A stretch of 62,269 nt of DNA. It comes from an uncultured virus (IMG/VR IMGVR_UViG_3300022200_000021) (Duplodnaviria > Heunggongvirae > Uroviricota > Caudoviricetes). How positions within the stretch are numbered: the first letter of the stretch is position 1; each line of letters begins with the position of its first letter. Of this stretch, positions 1 to 9,695 are shown piece after piece. Under the pieces are notes generated by a model that was not told the DNA's origin, ran no database searches, and saw only the letters and a list, made by a program, of their open reading frames with translations. The stretch is taken from the IMG/VR virus record IMGVR_UViG_3300022200_000021, one strand, 5' to 3'. The position numbers and the translations under genes were made by a program.

Positions 1-75
1 TATTGTGTAGAAACATACACAACAGGAGAAGCTGATATATGGAAACGGATTGCCTGGTCAACTGATACTTGGTGA
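1..75 (+). CDS. 3' end of a virion structural protein (partial)
   Basis: Frame 1 reads YCVETYTTGEADIWKRIAWSTDTW*. This resembles the YxC...WKR..W C-terminal motif of phage fibre/structural proteins. Not in the ORF track. Confidence 0.6.
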   Translation, partial: YCVETYTTGEADIWKRIAWSTDTW

Positions 76-85
76 TAAGGTGTGC

Positions 86-93
86 GATAAATA
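86..93 (+). promoter_or_regulatory. Putative phage late promoter GATAAATA
   Basis: Resembles the T4 late promoter TATAAATA, lies 21 nt upstream of ATG 114, and recurs in many intergenic gaps. Confidence 0.65.
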
Positions 94-113
94 TATAAAA
101 ATAGGATACATAC

Positions 114-1454
114 ATGAGCAATAGATTTCCACTAGTGTTAGACACATCTAACAGTAACCAAGTTAAAGAACTTCCTGCAGGCGATAATCTAAATCTCCAA
201 GACTCAAGCATAGTAAATGTACAAAACATTGATGCAATTGGTACTATTAATGCTGCTGCTATTACAGTTAATGGCAATAGTATTAAAGCACAAACAGTTT
301 TAGATTTAGTAGATACTCCATCATCTTATACTGGAAATGAAGGGTCGTTTTTAAAAGTAAACGAAAGAGGAGATGGAGTTGAGTTTAGGTCATTAGAAAA
401 TATGGGTCAAATATCTGTAACATCTATTATATTAAACGGTGTTATTATTCCAGAAACTCCTAATGTTGGACTAATAGGCACATCTGCTCGACCTTTTAGA
501 GAAATTAACGCCACTGCATTAGTTGGTTCACTGTACTCGTCATCCGGTGAAATAATAGTAGATGCATTATCAGGAACCATTTCGTATAGTAAAATTGAAG
601 ATGCTCCGTCATCGTTGTCAAACTTTGTCGATGATTTACAAGTAGTAACATCTAGCACATTAATAGCTGAAATTGAAAATATTAAAAGTTTAGCCGACTA
701 TGTTCTGTTAGATATTAGAGGTGATATTTATAATGATGATAGCAGTAAATTAATAGATATAGGTACTAGCACTTATTTCGGTCATGTTGACGCAGAAAGT
801 ATTCGGAGTAGAGAAGATAGAATTTCTTTAGGTATATTTGCAGGTGATGTTGATCAACAACCTAATGCAATAGCAATCGGTGTACAGTCAGGGTATCAAA
901 ATCAAGAAAGACATGCTATCGCTATCGGAACATCTGCAGGGCAAATAGATCAAAATTCATACAGTATTGCAATTGGAGTAGAAGCAGGGTATCAGTTACA
1001 AGGCTCTAATTGTATTGCAATAGGAAATCGTGCAGGATTTACGAAGCAACATAGTAACTCGATAATTTTATCAACGTCGATATTAAATTCGTTAAACGAA
1101 GGTTTTTTTGTTGACCCTATTAGAGTAGAATCTACACAAAGTTTATTATTTTATAATCCAACAACAAAAGAAATTACACAAAATTCAGGAGTGCTACACA
1201 GCGATGTAGTAGGGTCAATTTACGCAGATGACTCTACACAAGTAGTTAATGTAGTAGACGGCTCGATATCATCACCATATGCTAATATATTTGAACTGTT
1301 ATCAGAACAGCTAGTATTAATGCCAGGATCAATCCCATCACAACCTGCTCCTGGAACAATAGCAGTATCGGATGGAATTAGTTGGAATCCAACTGGATCA
1401 GGATTACAACATTTAATGATTTATTTAAATAATATCTGGTTACAGATTGCTTAA
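114..1454 (+). CDS. Virion structural/fibre protein with beta-solenoid-like repeats
   Basis: 446 aa with five 16-aa (A)IAIGxxAG repeats and DDS-type motifs shared with ORF 45804. Structural gene context. Confidence 0.6.
   Translation: MSNRFPLVLDTSNSNQVKELPAGDNLNLQDSSIVNVQNIDAIGTINAAAITVNGNSIKAQTVLDLVDTPSSYTGNEGSFLKVNERGDGVEFRSLENMGQISVTSIILNGVIIPETPNVGLIGTSARPFREINATALVGSLYSSSGEIIVDALSGTISYSKIEDAPSSLSNFVDDLQVVTSSTLIAEIENIKSLADYVLLDIRGDIYNDDSSKLIDIGTSTYFGHVDAESIRSREDRISLGIFAGDVDQQPNAIAIGVQSGYQNQERHAIAIGTSAGQIDQNSYSIAIGVEAGYQLQGSNCIAIGNRAGFTKQHSNSIILSTSILNSLNEGFFVDPIRVESTQSLLFYNPTTKEITQNSGVLHSDVVGSIYADDSTQVVNVVDGSISSPYANIFELLSEQLVLMPGSIPSQPAPGTIAVSDGISWNPTGSGLQHLMIYLNNIWLQIA
822..1061 (+). repeat. 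Five 48-nt/16-aa IAIGxxAGxxxQxxxx coding repeats
   Basis: ISLGIFAGDVDQQPNA / IAIGVQSGYQNQERHA / IAIGTSAGQIDQNSYS / IAIGVEAGYQLQGSNC / IAIGNRAGFTKQHSNS. Confidence 0.85.
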
Positions 1455-1466
1455 AGGGAAATAACA

Positions 1467-2162
1467 ATGGCAATAGAATTAATTAATATAGGATACATTG
1501 CAAACGACGGAACAGGCGATGATCTAAGAGAAGCATTTATAAAAGTTAATCAAAATTTTGAAGAACTTGATTTAAGAATCACCGGTGACGTAACTGCATC
1601 GAATATCGAAGGGGAAGGAGAAGGCATCTTTTCCCAAAAGTTAATATACGATTTACAATTTAAAAAATTAGTTAGTGGATCTAATGTAGTGTTAGAGTCG
1701 TCAGACTCTGCTATCACTATTAGTGTTCCAAATGAAAATCTTGCTAATATTACAATATCTGCAGATGAAAACTATATAAACTTAACTGCTAACTCTGAAC
1801 TGAAAATTGTAGGTGGGGATGGAATTAAAACTAAAATAGAAGGAGATTATCTTGTTATAGATAATACTGTTTCAAAATTAGAAACTGATCCGTTTCCTAA
1901 ATTATCTAACAGTTTAAATGCACAAGGGCATAATTTTTATACAGTGGGCATCATCGATGCTGCACGAGTTACAGGATCATTTTATGGAACATTAAATGGA
2001 TCTGACTTTTCACAGTATTCTGCATATTTTGAAAATATGGAATTTGGAGATATTTATCCCAAGTTTAACACTACAATTGAATGGTTAGCACACGAATCTA
2101 CTATTGATATGGGAACATTTGAATCACCATCGTTAGCAATAATTGATTTTGGACAAGTATAA
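1467..2162 (+). CDS. Baseplate protein with T4 gp9/gp10-like N-terminus
   Basis: N-terminal INIGYIANDGTGDDLREAFIKVNQNFEEL is the gp9/gp10-type motif. Confidence 0.75.
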   Translation: MAIELINIGYIANDGTGDDLREAFIKVNQNFEELDLRITGDVTASNIEGEGEGIFSQKLIYDLQFKKLVSGSNVVLESSDSAITISVPNENLANITISADENYINLTANSELKIVGGDGIKTKIEGDYLVIDNTVSKLETDPFPKLSNSLNAQGHNFYTVGIIDAARVTGSFYGTLNGSDFSQYSAYFENMEFGDIYPKFNTTIEWLAHESTIDMGTFESPSLAIIDFGQV

Positions 2163-2178
2163 TACAAAGGAAGATTAA

Positions 2179-5100
2179 ATGGCATTTGACCCAAAACTAA
2201 TAAGTATAAATGTTCGGCAAGGCTCTTACAATAGTAGGTCGATATTTTCAACATTGCAAGGAGTACTGTCAGTTGAAAGTAATGGAAACCCTTTCCCTGC
2301 AAATGCAAATATAAATGGAGTTACGTTACAAGATTATAAATTTTCATTTGTAGACAGATGCGGAACAAATACACAAAATCCACAAAAAGTGTTTGATAAT
2401 TATGTTGGTATTTTGGCAAATGGAGTTTTAATAAAACCGTATTCAACAGAATCTACTATCCCAAACAATAATATTGCAATGCCATCAGGTTTTACAATAA
2501 ACCGAGGTCATTTTCCAAGTGTTTTTACTATCGATCCGGCACACGGTGTAACAGAACAAATAAGCACATCGGTAAACGAGTATACTTATCGAGACGGTGC
2601 ATTTCTAACAAATGGATGGAGTATTCAACGATTTTATAACTTTAGTAATGATTATTATAGGACTACTAATTTTAATAGTGATTTTTTTAGACATTCAGAC
2701 GGACATAGTAAAATTTTAGGATTTTGTTTTGATGGGTATCCAATCTACGGACCATACGGATACAAAACATCTATTAATCAGTATAGTGGAACAAAACTTT
2801 TATTAAGTTCGTATCGAACTAAAATTAAAGATACTCATAGACCTTCTGATTGGAAATATGACAAAACATTATCAACAACTTTTGGCACATTATCATTTAC
2901 TGCAGGAGCGTTTGTTGATGATTATGTATTTTATTATAGTAACGGCGACTTAGACGAGTATAATGGACGATATTGTGTAACTCCTGAATATCCAAAAGGT
3001 ACTTACGCATATTTTGTAACATTTACAGATGATACATTAAGTGCACCGGCATATCCATATATCATTGGCCCTAGTACTAAACAAAAAATAACATATGTTA
3101 ATCAACCAACTTCTGCAAGCACAGAGCTATCGACTATATGGAAAGTGCCAACAGGCTCAAATTTAGGAACAATAGTTGAGCGTAGACCAACAGATATATT
3201 ACTACCGTTAGTAACTTCAACTACTGTTGATACTGAAATAATTAGTGGCAAACTTCCTAGAGGTTTGCGTTTAAATAAAAATCGAATAACTGGAACAGTA
3301 TTTGAAGTCCAGCATAATGAGTTAAGTACATTTGTTGTTAGAGCATACTTTAATGATTTATTTGAAGATAGAACATTAGAAGTACTAGTAATAGGTCCTG
3401 ATTCACCCGAATGGCAAACTAATGCTGGATTGTTACCTGTTAATCCTAATAAGAAAAGTGTATTCGTATTAGATAATGAAATAGTTGATTATCAACTTAT
3501 TGCAACAGATTCTGACATACCGGCAGGAGATGAATTAGAATTTTTTATTGGAAAACATGACGGTGAACTGCCACCAGGATTAACACTATCTAAAGATGGT
3601 AGAATACAAGGCATTGTTGAACCTTTATTAAGTCTAGAAAAAATATATCAAGGAGGAGGGTACGATACGGCTCCGTATTCCAAATACCCGTTAGATTTTT
3701 ATGTTCCAAGTTCAAATGGATTTGCAAGCTATTATTTTGATAGTGTTCCATATGATTTTAGCGAAACTGAAAGACAGCCTATAAAATTAAATAGATACTA
3801 TCCATTCACTGTAACAGTAACAGATGGTGATTGGTATGTAAGGCGTGACTTTACAATATATGTTGTTGGTGATGATTTCTTAACCGCAGACAATACTATT
3901 ACGCATGCAGCTACAGGAATTTTCACTGCAGATAATACTAATGTACGTACTCCAGTATGGATTACTCCTCGTAATCTAGGATTTAAACGAGCCGATAATT
4001 ACACTATATTAGTTTTAGATATTATTCATAATGAAACATTAGATGGATTACCTGTGTATACCCTTGAGGATCTTAATGACGATGGATCAATTAGTGAACT
4101 ACCACCAGGCTTGTCATTAGATGCATTATCTGGAGAAATTGCAGGAATATTGCCATATCAGCCAGCAGTTACAGAAAACTATAAGTTTACAATTCGTGCA
4201 ACTAGAATGACGCAAGACGACGAACATATAACTGTTTATGCAAACTTTTACGAAGATGTAATTGCTGGAAATACCAAATTTAAAATATACAAATTAGATT
4301 TAACAAGCGATGATAACTTTCAAGATTTAAAAAATTTAGTAAATCAAAAAATCTTATTAGGAGTTCATCAGTATACAGTATTAAGTGTAGATGATTCAAA
4401 TAGTGATTATGACACAATTACATTAACTCAACCGTTAATTGCACAAATTGACTTTAAATTAAGTAGAACAGCAGCAGCCGGACAAGATTACTTTTTTATT
4501 AATCGAATTACAAATGCACAACGAGAACAAGTGAAAGAAAGAGTTATTAAGTTTAGTGAGTATGTATCATATACTATTAATTCTGTTTCACCATATATTG
4601 AGTATAGCATAACTAGTGAAAACGATATATATCCAATAAATGTGCCGTATGATTTGGTTATTGGAACAAACTATTTCATAGGAGATATTGTTACAGGAGA
4701 AAATGGTAAAATATACAAATGTAAAGTGGATCATACTTATTCTACATTTGAATTATCAAATTGGGATGAAATCGCCGAAACTATTAATCAACTATCAATA
4801 TCCCAGATAGTATCTGCAACTTTATTAATGTTAAAACATGAATTTAATTATGATGCTTATATTAATGCAGTAACAAGTAAAAATTGGACAGTAATGCTCC
4901 CACAAACAGCACATACTACTAATTTAACAAATATAAAAGATATTTTTGGAGATCTTACAACAATACAAGTTCTTCGTGAGAACGAAGATAAAGTACAACT
5001 TAATACTAATATTGGACAGCAATTACTAATATACAGAAATATTGGATTAGCGTTACTTAAAGACGACTATTTTACTAAAGATTTTGTAGTAGCAAGTCAG

Positions 5101-6543
5101 GATGATGTTGTTATGCCAAGTTCAGTTAAGACATTTGAACTTACAGTAATTGGAGAAATTGATTCGAATATTAATTGGATTACTCCTTCTGACTTAGGTA
5201 CAATAAATTCAGATTATGTAAGCACATTATTTGTTAAAGCAGAAACTACAGTTCCAGATAGTAGCATAGTGTATACATTTAAATCAGGTAGACTCCCATA
5301 CGGAATGTATATGTCGTATAGTGGGGAAATTATAGGAATTGCCAATCAAACTAGCTCACCCGAACAACCTGGGTTAACAATATTTGATAGTAGATCTACT
5401 ACGTTTGATGGAGGCATATCAAGTGATACGTCATTTGATAGAGAATTTCATTTTGTAGTCGAAGCTAGAGATAGATTTAATTACTCAGCAGTTGAACGTG
5501 AATTTAAGTTATCTGTAAACGACTTTGATAATACCTTATATACAGACATCTATATGCGACCAATGTTAGCAGAATCTACAAGATTATCGTATAGAGAATT
5601 TATTAGTAACTCAAGCATATTTACACCAGAAAGCATTTATAGACCTCAAGATAAAAATTTTGGATTACAACTTAATCTAGACATGCTAGTTTATAGCGGC
5701 ATAGAAGTTAAAGAGATAGACAAATTTGTAGCAGCGGCAGCAACTAATCATAAACGAAAACAATATATATTGGGAGAGTTTAAAAATGCAGTTGCGATAT
5801 TACCTGGAACTCGTGATGTTGTATATGAAGTAATTTATATTGATGTTATTGATCCTGCGGTACCTAAAATTGGAAAAACTAAAAAACACTTCACTATAAA
5901 TACTGCTAATAATATTACAGTAGATAGTTTGCAATATGCTGCAAAAGATGACGTTACTGGATATAATTTAGGAACCGAACTGTTACCAGTGTACGGAAGA
6001 AATCTTACAAAATTTTTAATTGTATCTAACGATCAACTAATTATAGAAACTCGTAACACTGATGTAGTAGTAAACACTGATATGAATGATTTTGAAGTTA
6101 TCATAAGAGATTCGTCTACTGCAACTGTAGTTTTAGAACTCGGTGATAGTGAACCAATGCGACGTAGACCTAAATATGCAAATACTTTTAAAGCAGATAC
6201 AACATCAATTAAAGTAAGTAATAGTAAAGATCAAATTCGATTTATTTCAAGTATTGCTAATATGCGAGATAATATAAAAGCTATTGGAAAAACTGAAAGA
6301 GAGTTTTTACCATTATGGATGAGAAGCCCACAATTAGAATTTCAAGAACTGGATTATCAAATGGCTATTCCTATATGTTATTGTAAACCTGGCACAAGTG
6401 AAAACATATTAAGAAACATAAAAAACAGCGATTATAATCCACAAACTATTAATTATGATATTGATAGATATATAATAAAACGAACAAAAGATAATTCAAG
6501 TGAACAATTTATTTTGTTTGCGAATTATCAAGTTAATGTATAA
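2179..6543 (+). CDS. Large virion protein: YHYH-like domain plus putative Ig (He_PIG-like) repeats
   Basis: GFCFDGYPIYGPYGY and GDLDEYNGRYCVTPEYPKGTYAYF match the YHYH family. Four (G)xLPxG[LM] Ig-like units and a YFIGDIV..NGKIYKC CBM-like motif follow. Confidence 0.7.
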   Translation: MAFDPKLISINVRQGSYNSRSIFSTLQGVLSVESNGNPFPANANINGVTLQDYKFSFVDRCGTNTQNPQKVFDNYVGILANGVLIKPYSTESTIPNNNIAMPSGFTINRGHFPSVFTIDPAHGVTEQISTSVNEYTYRDGAFLTNGWSIQRFYNFSNDYYRTTNFNSDFFRHSDGHSKILGFCFDGYPIYGPYGYKTSINQYSGTKLLLSSYRTKIKDTHRPSDWKYDKTLSTTFGTLSFTAGAFVDDYVFYYSNGDLDEYNGRYCVTPEYPKGTYAYFVTFTDDTLSAPAYPYIIGPSTKQKITYVNQPTSASTELSTIWKVPTGSNLGTIVERRPTDILLPLVTSTTVDTEIISGKLPRGLRLNKNRITGTVFEVQHNELSTFVVRAYFNDLFEDRTLEVLVIGPDSPEWQTNAGLLPVNPNKKSVFVLDNEIVDYQLIATDSDIPAGDELEFFIGKHDGELPPGLTLSKDGRIQGIVEPLLSLEKIYQGGGYDTAPYSKYPLDFYVPSSNGFASYYFDSVPYDFSETERQPIKLNRYYPFTVTVTDGDWYVRRDFTIYVVGDDFLTADNTITHAATGIFTADNTNVRTPVWITPRNLGFKRADNYTILVLDIIHNETLDGLPVYTLEDLNDDGSISELPPGLSLDALSGEIAGILPYQPAVTENYKFTIRATRMTQDDEHITVYANFYEDVIAGNTKFKIYKLDLTSDDNFQDLKNLVNQKILLGVHQYTVLSVDDSNSDYDTITLTQPLIAQIDFKLSRTAAAGQDYFFINRITNAQREQVKERVIKFSEYVSYTINSVSPYIEYSITSENDIYPINVPYDLVIGTNYFIGDIVTGENGKIYKCKVDHTYSTFELSNWDEIAETINQLSISQIVSATLLMLKHEFNYDAYINAVTSKNWTVMLPQTAHTTNLTNIKDIFGDLTTIQVLRENEDKVQLNTNIGQQLLIYRNIGLALLKDDYFTKDFVVASQDDVVMPSSVKTFELTVIGEIDSNINWITPSDLGTINSDYVSTLFVKAETTVPDSSIVYTFKSGRLPYGMYMSYSGEIIGIANQTSSPEQPGLTIFDSRSTTFDGGISSDTSFDREFHFVVEARDRFNYSAVEREFKLSVNDFDNTLYTDIYMRPMLAESTRLSYREFISNSSIFTPESIYRPQDKNFGLQLNLDMLVYSGIEVKEIDKFVAAAATNHKRKQYILGEFKNAVAILPGTRDVVYEVIYIDVIDPAVPKIGKTKKHFTINTANNITVDSLQYAAKDDVTGYNLGTELLPVYGRNLTKFLIVSNDQLIIETRNTDVVVNTDMNDFEVIIRDSSTATVVLELGDSEPMRRRPKYANTFKADTTSIKVSNSKDQIRFISSIANMRDNIKAIGKTEREFLPLWMRSPQLEFQELDYQMAIPICYCKPGTSENILRNIKNSDYNPQTINYDIDRYIIKRTKDNSSEQFILFANYQVNV

Positions 6544-6559
6544 AATTTAAGGAAAACAA

Positions 6560-7237
6560 ATGACTAGTACAATCATAAGTGAAACAATAGATGCAGAATA
6601 TCCAGTAGCAGGTGTTGATAACGATACACAAGGCTTTAGAGATAATTTCCAAATTATTAAAGATAATTTTGCTAAAGCAGGAAGTGAGATTACTGATTTA
6701 CAAGATACTACTGTTAAAATAAATGAAAATAACAATTTTGGATCAACTGGTAAAATTCTAATTAATCCAATATTGTCATTAAGTTCAGTACAATTTAAAC
6801 GGTCAACAATGGTAATTAATAACGACAGTGTATCGAACAACTTGTCAATATATGTACCAGATGGTTTATATCAAGAAGTTCGCATTGTGATTGACAGCTC
6901 AATTGATGAACAAAATATACAAACTGTAGGGTTTAACTTTACAGATTGGCCATTACGGGAAGATTCCAATATTGCAGTAACATCTATGAGACTTGCAGTA
7001 ACTAGCACTCGTGTAGATAGTGATGTTACTGTTAATTTAAACTTTGATACAGCAACTACTACTAAATACGCAACATCAGCAATTTATGCAAATGATACTG
7101 CAACTACACCAATTGGATATGATAATACGGTTAGACTATTAAAGTCAACTAGCCAAGATAATCCTATGATTTTTGAAATTTGGACGCCTGACTCTGGGCA
7201 AACATTGTTTGTAGAATGTAAAGGGCAATATGTTTAA
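6560..7237 (+). CDS. Probable virion structural protein
   Basis: N-terminal IDAEYPVAGVDNDTQGFRDNF motif recalled from large-phage structural proteins; RBS AAGGA. Confidence 0.55.
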   Translation: MTSTIISETIDAEYPVAGVDNDTQGFRDNFQIIKDNFAKAGSEITDLQDTTVKINENNNFGSTGKILINPILSLSSVQFKRSTMVINNDSVSNNLSIYVPDGLYQEVRIVIDSSIDEQNIQTVGFNFTDWPLREDSNIAVTSMRLAVTSTRVDSDVTVNLNFDTATTTKYATSAIYANDTATTPIGYDNTVRLLKSTSQDNPMIFEIWTPDSGQTLFVECKGQYV

Positions 7238-7463
7238 TCCATTAATTAATGTTTCCAGTATATCACTATCTGAACTTGAAACTGGAACAATAGATTTACA
7301 AAGGAAATATTTTCAGACACATAATCCAATATTAAAACAACAAATTGCAGTAGTAATTGATATGTATAAAGAAGAATTGTACAATAGACGTGCAGAGGAA
7401 GCTGAAAAGCAACGACAACAATCAGGAATCGAAGGGCTTGACACATTAATTAATATCAATTAA
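7230..7463 (+). CDS. Hypothetical protein
   Basis: 77 aa ORF overlapping the upstream stop; operon-like packing. Confidence 0.6.
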   Translation: MFNPLINVSSISLSELETGTIDLQRKYFQTHNPILKQQIAVVIDMYKEELYNRRAEEAEKQRQQSGIEGLDTLININ

Positions 7464-7494
7464 AATAATGTTTTATTAATAATAGTTTGTTGAT

Positions 7495-8013
7495 ATGTTA
7501 GTTAAAGATAAGTATGGTTTATTAAGAGCATCTGATAAAGATATTGTAGATATCTTATATTCAAATGATGCTAGTAAACTTTTTAATGTATTGTGTGAAC
7601 CATCTGAAGATGTTGAGAAATTTAATGAAATACAATTTAATAAAGATTTACCAGGTTTAAAATTGTATATGTCATTAGACATTGATGTACTAATGTTTGA
7701 TGAAATTTTACAAACAGAATGGCTTATGCCTACTAAATATAAAGAGTTTGATGTTTATGATTATTTGTTAAATAAATGTCAAAGTCAACAAGAAGTTGAC
7801 CGATTGAATGAAGAATTTGAAGTATACATTAACCTTAATTTTTTAAATGTTCTTAAATATGTAAAATTTTTAGTTGACTTAATGAGAGAACATAATATAT
7901 TATGGGGCGTAGGTAGAGGTAGTAGTGTTAGTTCATTTGTATTATATTTACTTGAACTACACAAAATTAATCCAATCAAATATGAATTAGATTGGCGAGA
8001 GTTTTTAAGATAA
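7495..8013 (+). CDS. Stand-alone fragment of DNA polymerase III alpha (family C) containing the GRGS motif
   Basis: LMREHNILWGVGRGSSVSSFVLYLLELHKINPIKYEL matches DnaE GxGRGSxxGSLVAYxLxITxIDPIxYxL. Only 172 aa. Confidence 0.8.
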   Translation: MLVKDKYGLLRASDKDIVDILYSNDASKLFNVLCEPSEDVEKFNEIQFNKDLPGLKLYMSLDIDVLMFDEILQTEWLMPTKYKEFDVYDYLLNKCQSQQEVDRLNEEFEVYINLNFLNVLKYVKFLVDLMREHNILWGVGRGSSVSSFVLYLLELHKINPIKYELDWREFLR

Positions 8014-8023
8014 GGAAAAAGAT

Positions 8024-8446
8024 ATGGCTATAAAACGTGAATATAAATCAATGCGTGGAAAGATTGTTGACATGGAGTTGCTCAAAAAGAAAAACGAATT
8101 AACTCCTGCAGTCGGTAATGTTAGGGTTAATGCTCGAGGTGACGAGTTAGGTCCAGGTGGAAAGATCATTAAAAAACGTGAAGATATTGTAAAAGAGCAT
8201 TATGCGCGTGTTGCAAAAGACGACACTCAAAAAAAAACTAATAAAACTGTAGATGCATCTACTAATGAAAAAACAGCAGATTCAATGAATGTAGATACAA
8301 CAAAAACTGCTAGTACATCCAAAAAAACTAGTAGTCCGACTACAAAAAAAGAAACAATTAAACAACCGCTTTCTGCAGAAGAAAAGAAAATGTTAGAAGA
8401 TGAGGAATGGGTTGAAGATAAAGACGGAAATTTTGTTCAAAAATAA
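8024..8446 (+). CDS. Hypothetical protein
   Basis: 140 aa; AVGNVRVNARGDELGPGG core and a K/T-rich tail; RBS AAGGA. Confidence 0.7.
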   Translation: MAIKREYKSMRGKIVDMELLKKKNELTPAVGNVRVNARGDELGPGGKIIKKREDIVKEHYARVAKDDTQKKTNKTVDASTNEKTADSMNVDTTKTASTSKKTSSPTTKKETIKQPLSAEEKKMLEDEEWVEDKDGNFVQK

Positions 8447-8458
8447 AAGGTAAACTAT

Positions 8459-8851
8459 ATGGGACTTATATCTGGAAAGCCAAGAGCTATTACTAATAGA
8501 GTTATAATAACTGATATGTATTTTGGAGAACAGAAAACTGCATCAGGTGTTATTATAAAAAGTGACGACGGTACTACTAGAGGAATTTATCCTAGATGGG
8601 GAAGGGTAGTTGATAAAGGAAAAGACAATGTAGACGAGTATCAAATAGGAGATTGGGTTCTTGTTGAACACGGCCGATGGACTAGAAGTTTTACAATGAC
8701 AGATCAAACTATTGAAACAACGTATCGAATGGTTGATCCAGATAATATACTAGCATTTAATACACATAAACCAAATGATTTGCAAGTAGGAGCGGAATAT
8801 TCAAACGGCCAATCTGCATCATTTGATCCTCAACTTTTTTCTAATATTTAA
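8459..8851 (+). CDS. groES: Co-chaperonin GroES-like protein
   Basis: RVII...EQKTASGVII...GRVVDKG...IGDWVL pattern of the Cpn10 family. Confidence 0.75.
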   Translation: MGLISGKPRAITNRVIITDMYFGEQKTASGVIIKSDDGTTRGIYPRWGRVVDKGKDNVDEYQIGDWVLVEHGRWTRSFTMTDQTIETTYRMVDPDNILAFNTHKPNDLQVGAEYSNGQSASFDPQLFSNI

Positions 8852-8883
8852 ATTGTTATAGGTAGATGTCTACCTATAACAAT
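8852..8883. repeat. Perfect 15-bp inverted repeat (possible terminator or binding site)
   Basis: attgttataggtaga-tg-tctacctataacaat directly after the groES stop. Confidence 0.8.
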
Positions 8884-8920
8884 AGTATAATTTAACATAA
8901 ACAATAACAACAAATTAAAT

Positions 8921-9097
8921 ATGAAAATTCAAAACTTTAAACGATATACATCAGTATCCTCTGGCATAAGCACACTAGGCTTAACTGGAGTATCATTAAT
9001 GGTACTTCATATTACTGGGTTTTTATCTGGATGGGGATGGCCTATTTTATATATTATGTTAATTTTATCTGGTATTGGAAACGAAAATAGAGAATGA
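8921..9097 (+). CDS. Small membrane protein (58 aa), not in ORF track
   Basis: MKIQNFKRYTSVSSGISTLGLTGVSLMVLHITGFLSGWGWPILYIMLILSGIGNENRE*. Two hydrophobic segments; ATGA overlap with the next gene. Confidence 0.65.
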   Translation: MKIQNFKRYTSVSSGISTLGLTGVSLMVLHITGFLSGWGWPILYIMLILSGIGNENRE

Positions 9098-9639
9098 AAA
9101 TACATGCTACGATCGATTTAGAAACCTTAGATACTTGTCCTCAAAGTACAGTTATTACATTAGGCGGGTGTAAATTTAATCCACATTCATCTAAAGAACC
9201 ATATGACGAATTATATTTAAAAATTTCAATCGATGATCAAAATCGGTTAAGTAGAACAACATCTGATGACACTATTAATTGGTGGGCTAAACAAGATCAA
9301 TCTATCTTAGAAGAAGCATTAGATCAGACAAATGCAATTACAGTTGACAACTGTTTAACTACCCTTACTAAATGGTTAGTAGGTGTAGACGTTATCTGGG
9401 CACAAGGTTATGGTTTTGATATGACTATTTTAGAAGACATGTACCGTTCAGCAGGAAGATCAATACCTTGGAACTTTTGGCAAATTAGAGATAGTAGAAC
9501 ATTATTTTCATGTTGTGCTAAAGATCCTAGAAAATCAATTCAACAAAATTTGCATAATGCGTTAGCAGATGCTATTTACCAATCTAAAGCTATACAAATA
9601 GCATTTTCTGAATTAAATATTAAAAAAAATTATTATTGA
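9094..9639 (+). CDS. DEDDh 3'-5' exonuclease (Rv2179c-like exoribonuclease family)
   Basis: IDLETL, WAQGYGFD, RDSRTL and HNALADA motifs. Confidence 0.8.
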   Translation: MKIHATIDLETLDTCPQSTVITLGGCKFNPHSSKEPYDELYLKISIDDQNRLSRTTSDDTINWWAKQDQSILEEALDQTNAITVDNCLTTLTKWLVGVDVIWAQGYGFDMTILEDMYRSAGRSIPWNFWQIRDSRTLFSCCAKDPRKSIQQNLHNALADAIYQSKAIQIAFSELNIKKNYY

Positions 9640-9665
9640 CAACAATATAGTTTGTGTAATATAAT
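9636..9665 (+). promoter_or_regulatory. Sigma70-type promoter
   Basis: TTGACA-N18-TATAAT upstream of the clamp loader gene. Confidence 0.6.
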
Positions 9666-9695
9666 TAATTTTATTTGTTTTTTAAAGGTAAATGT

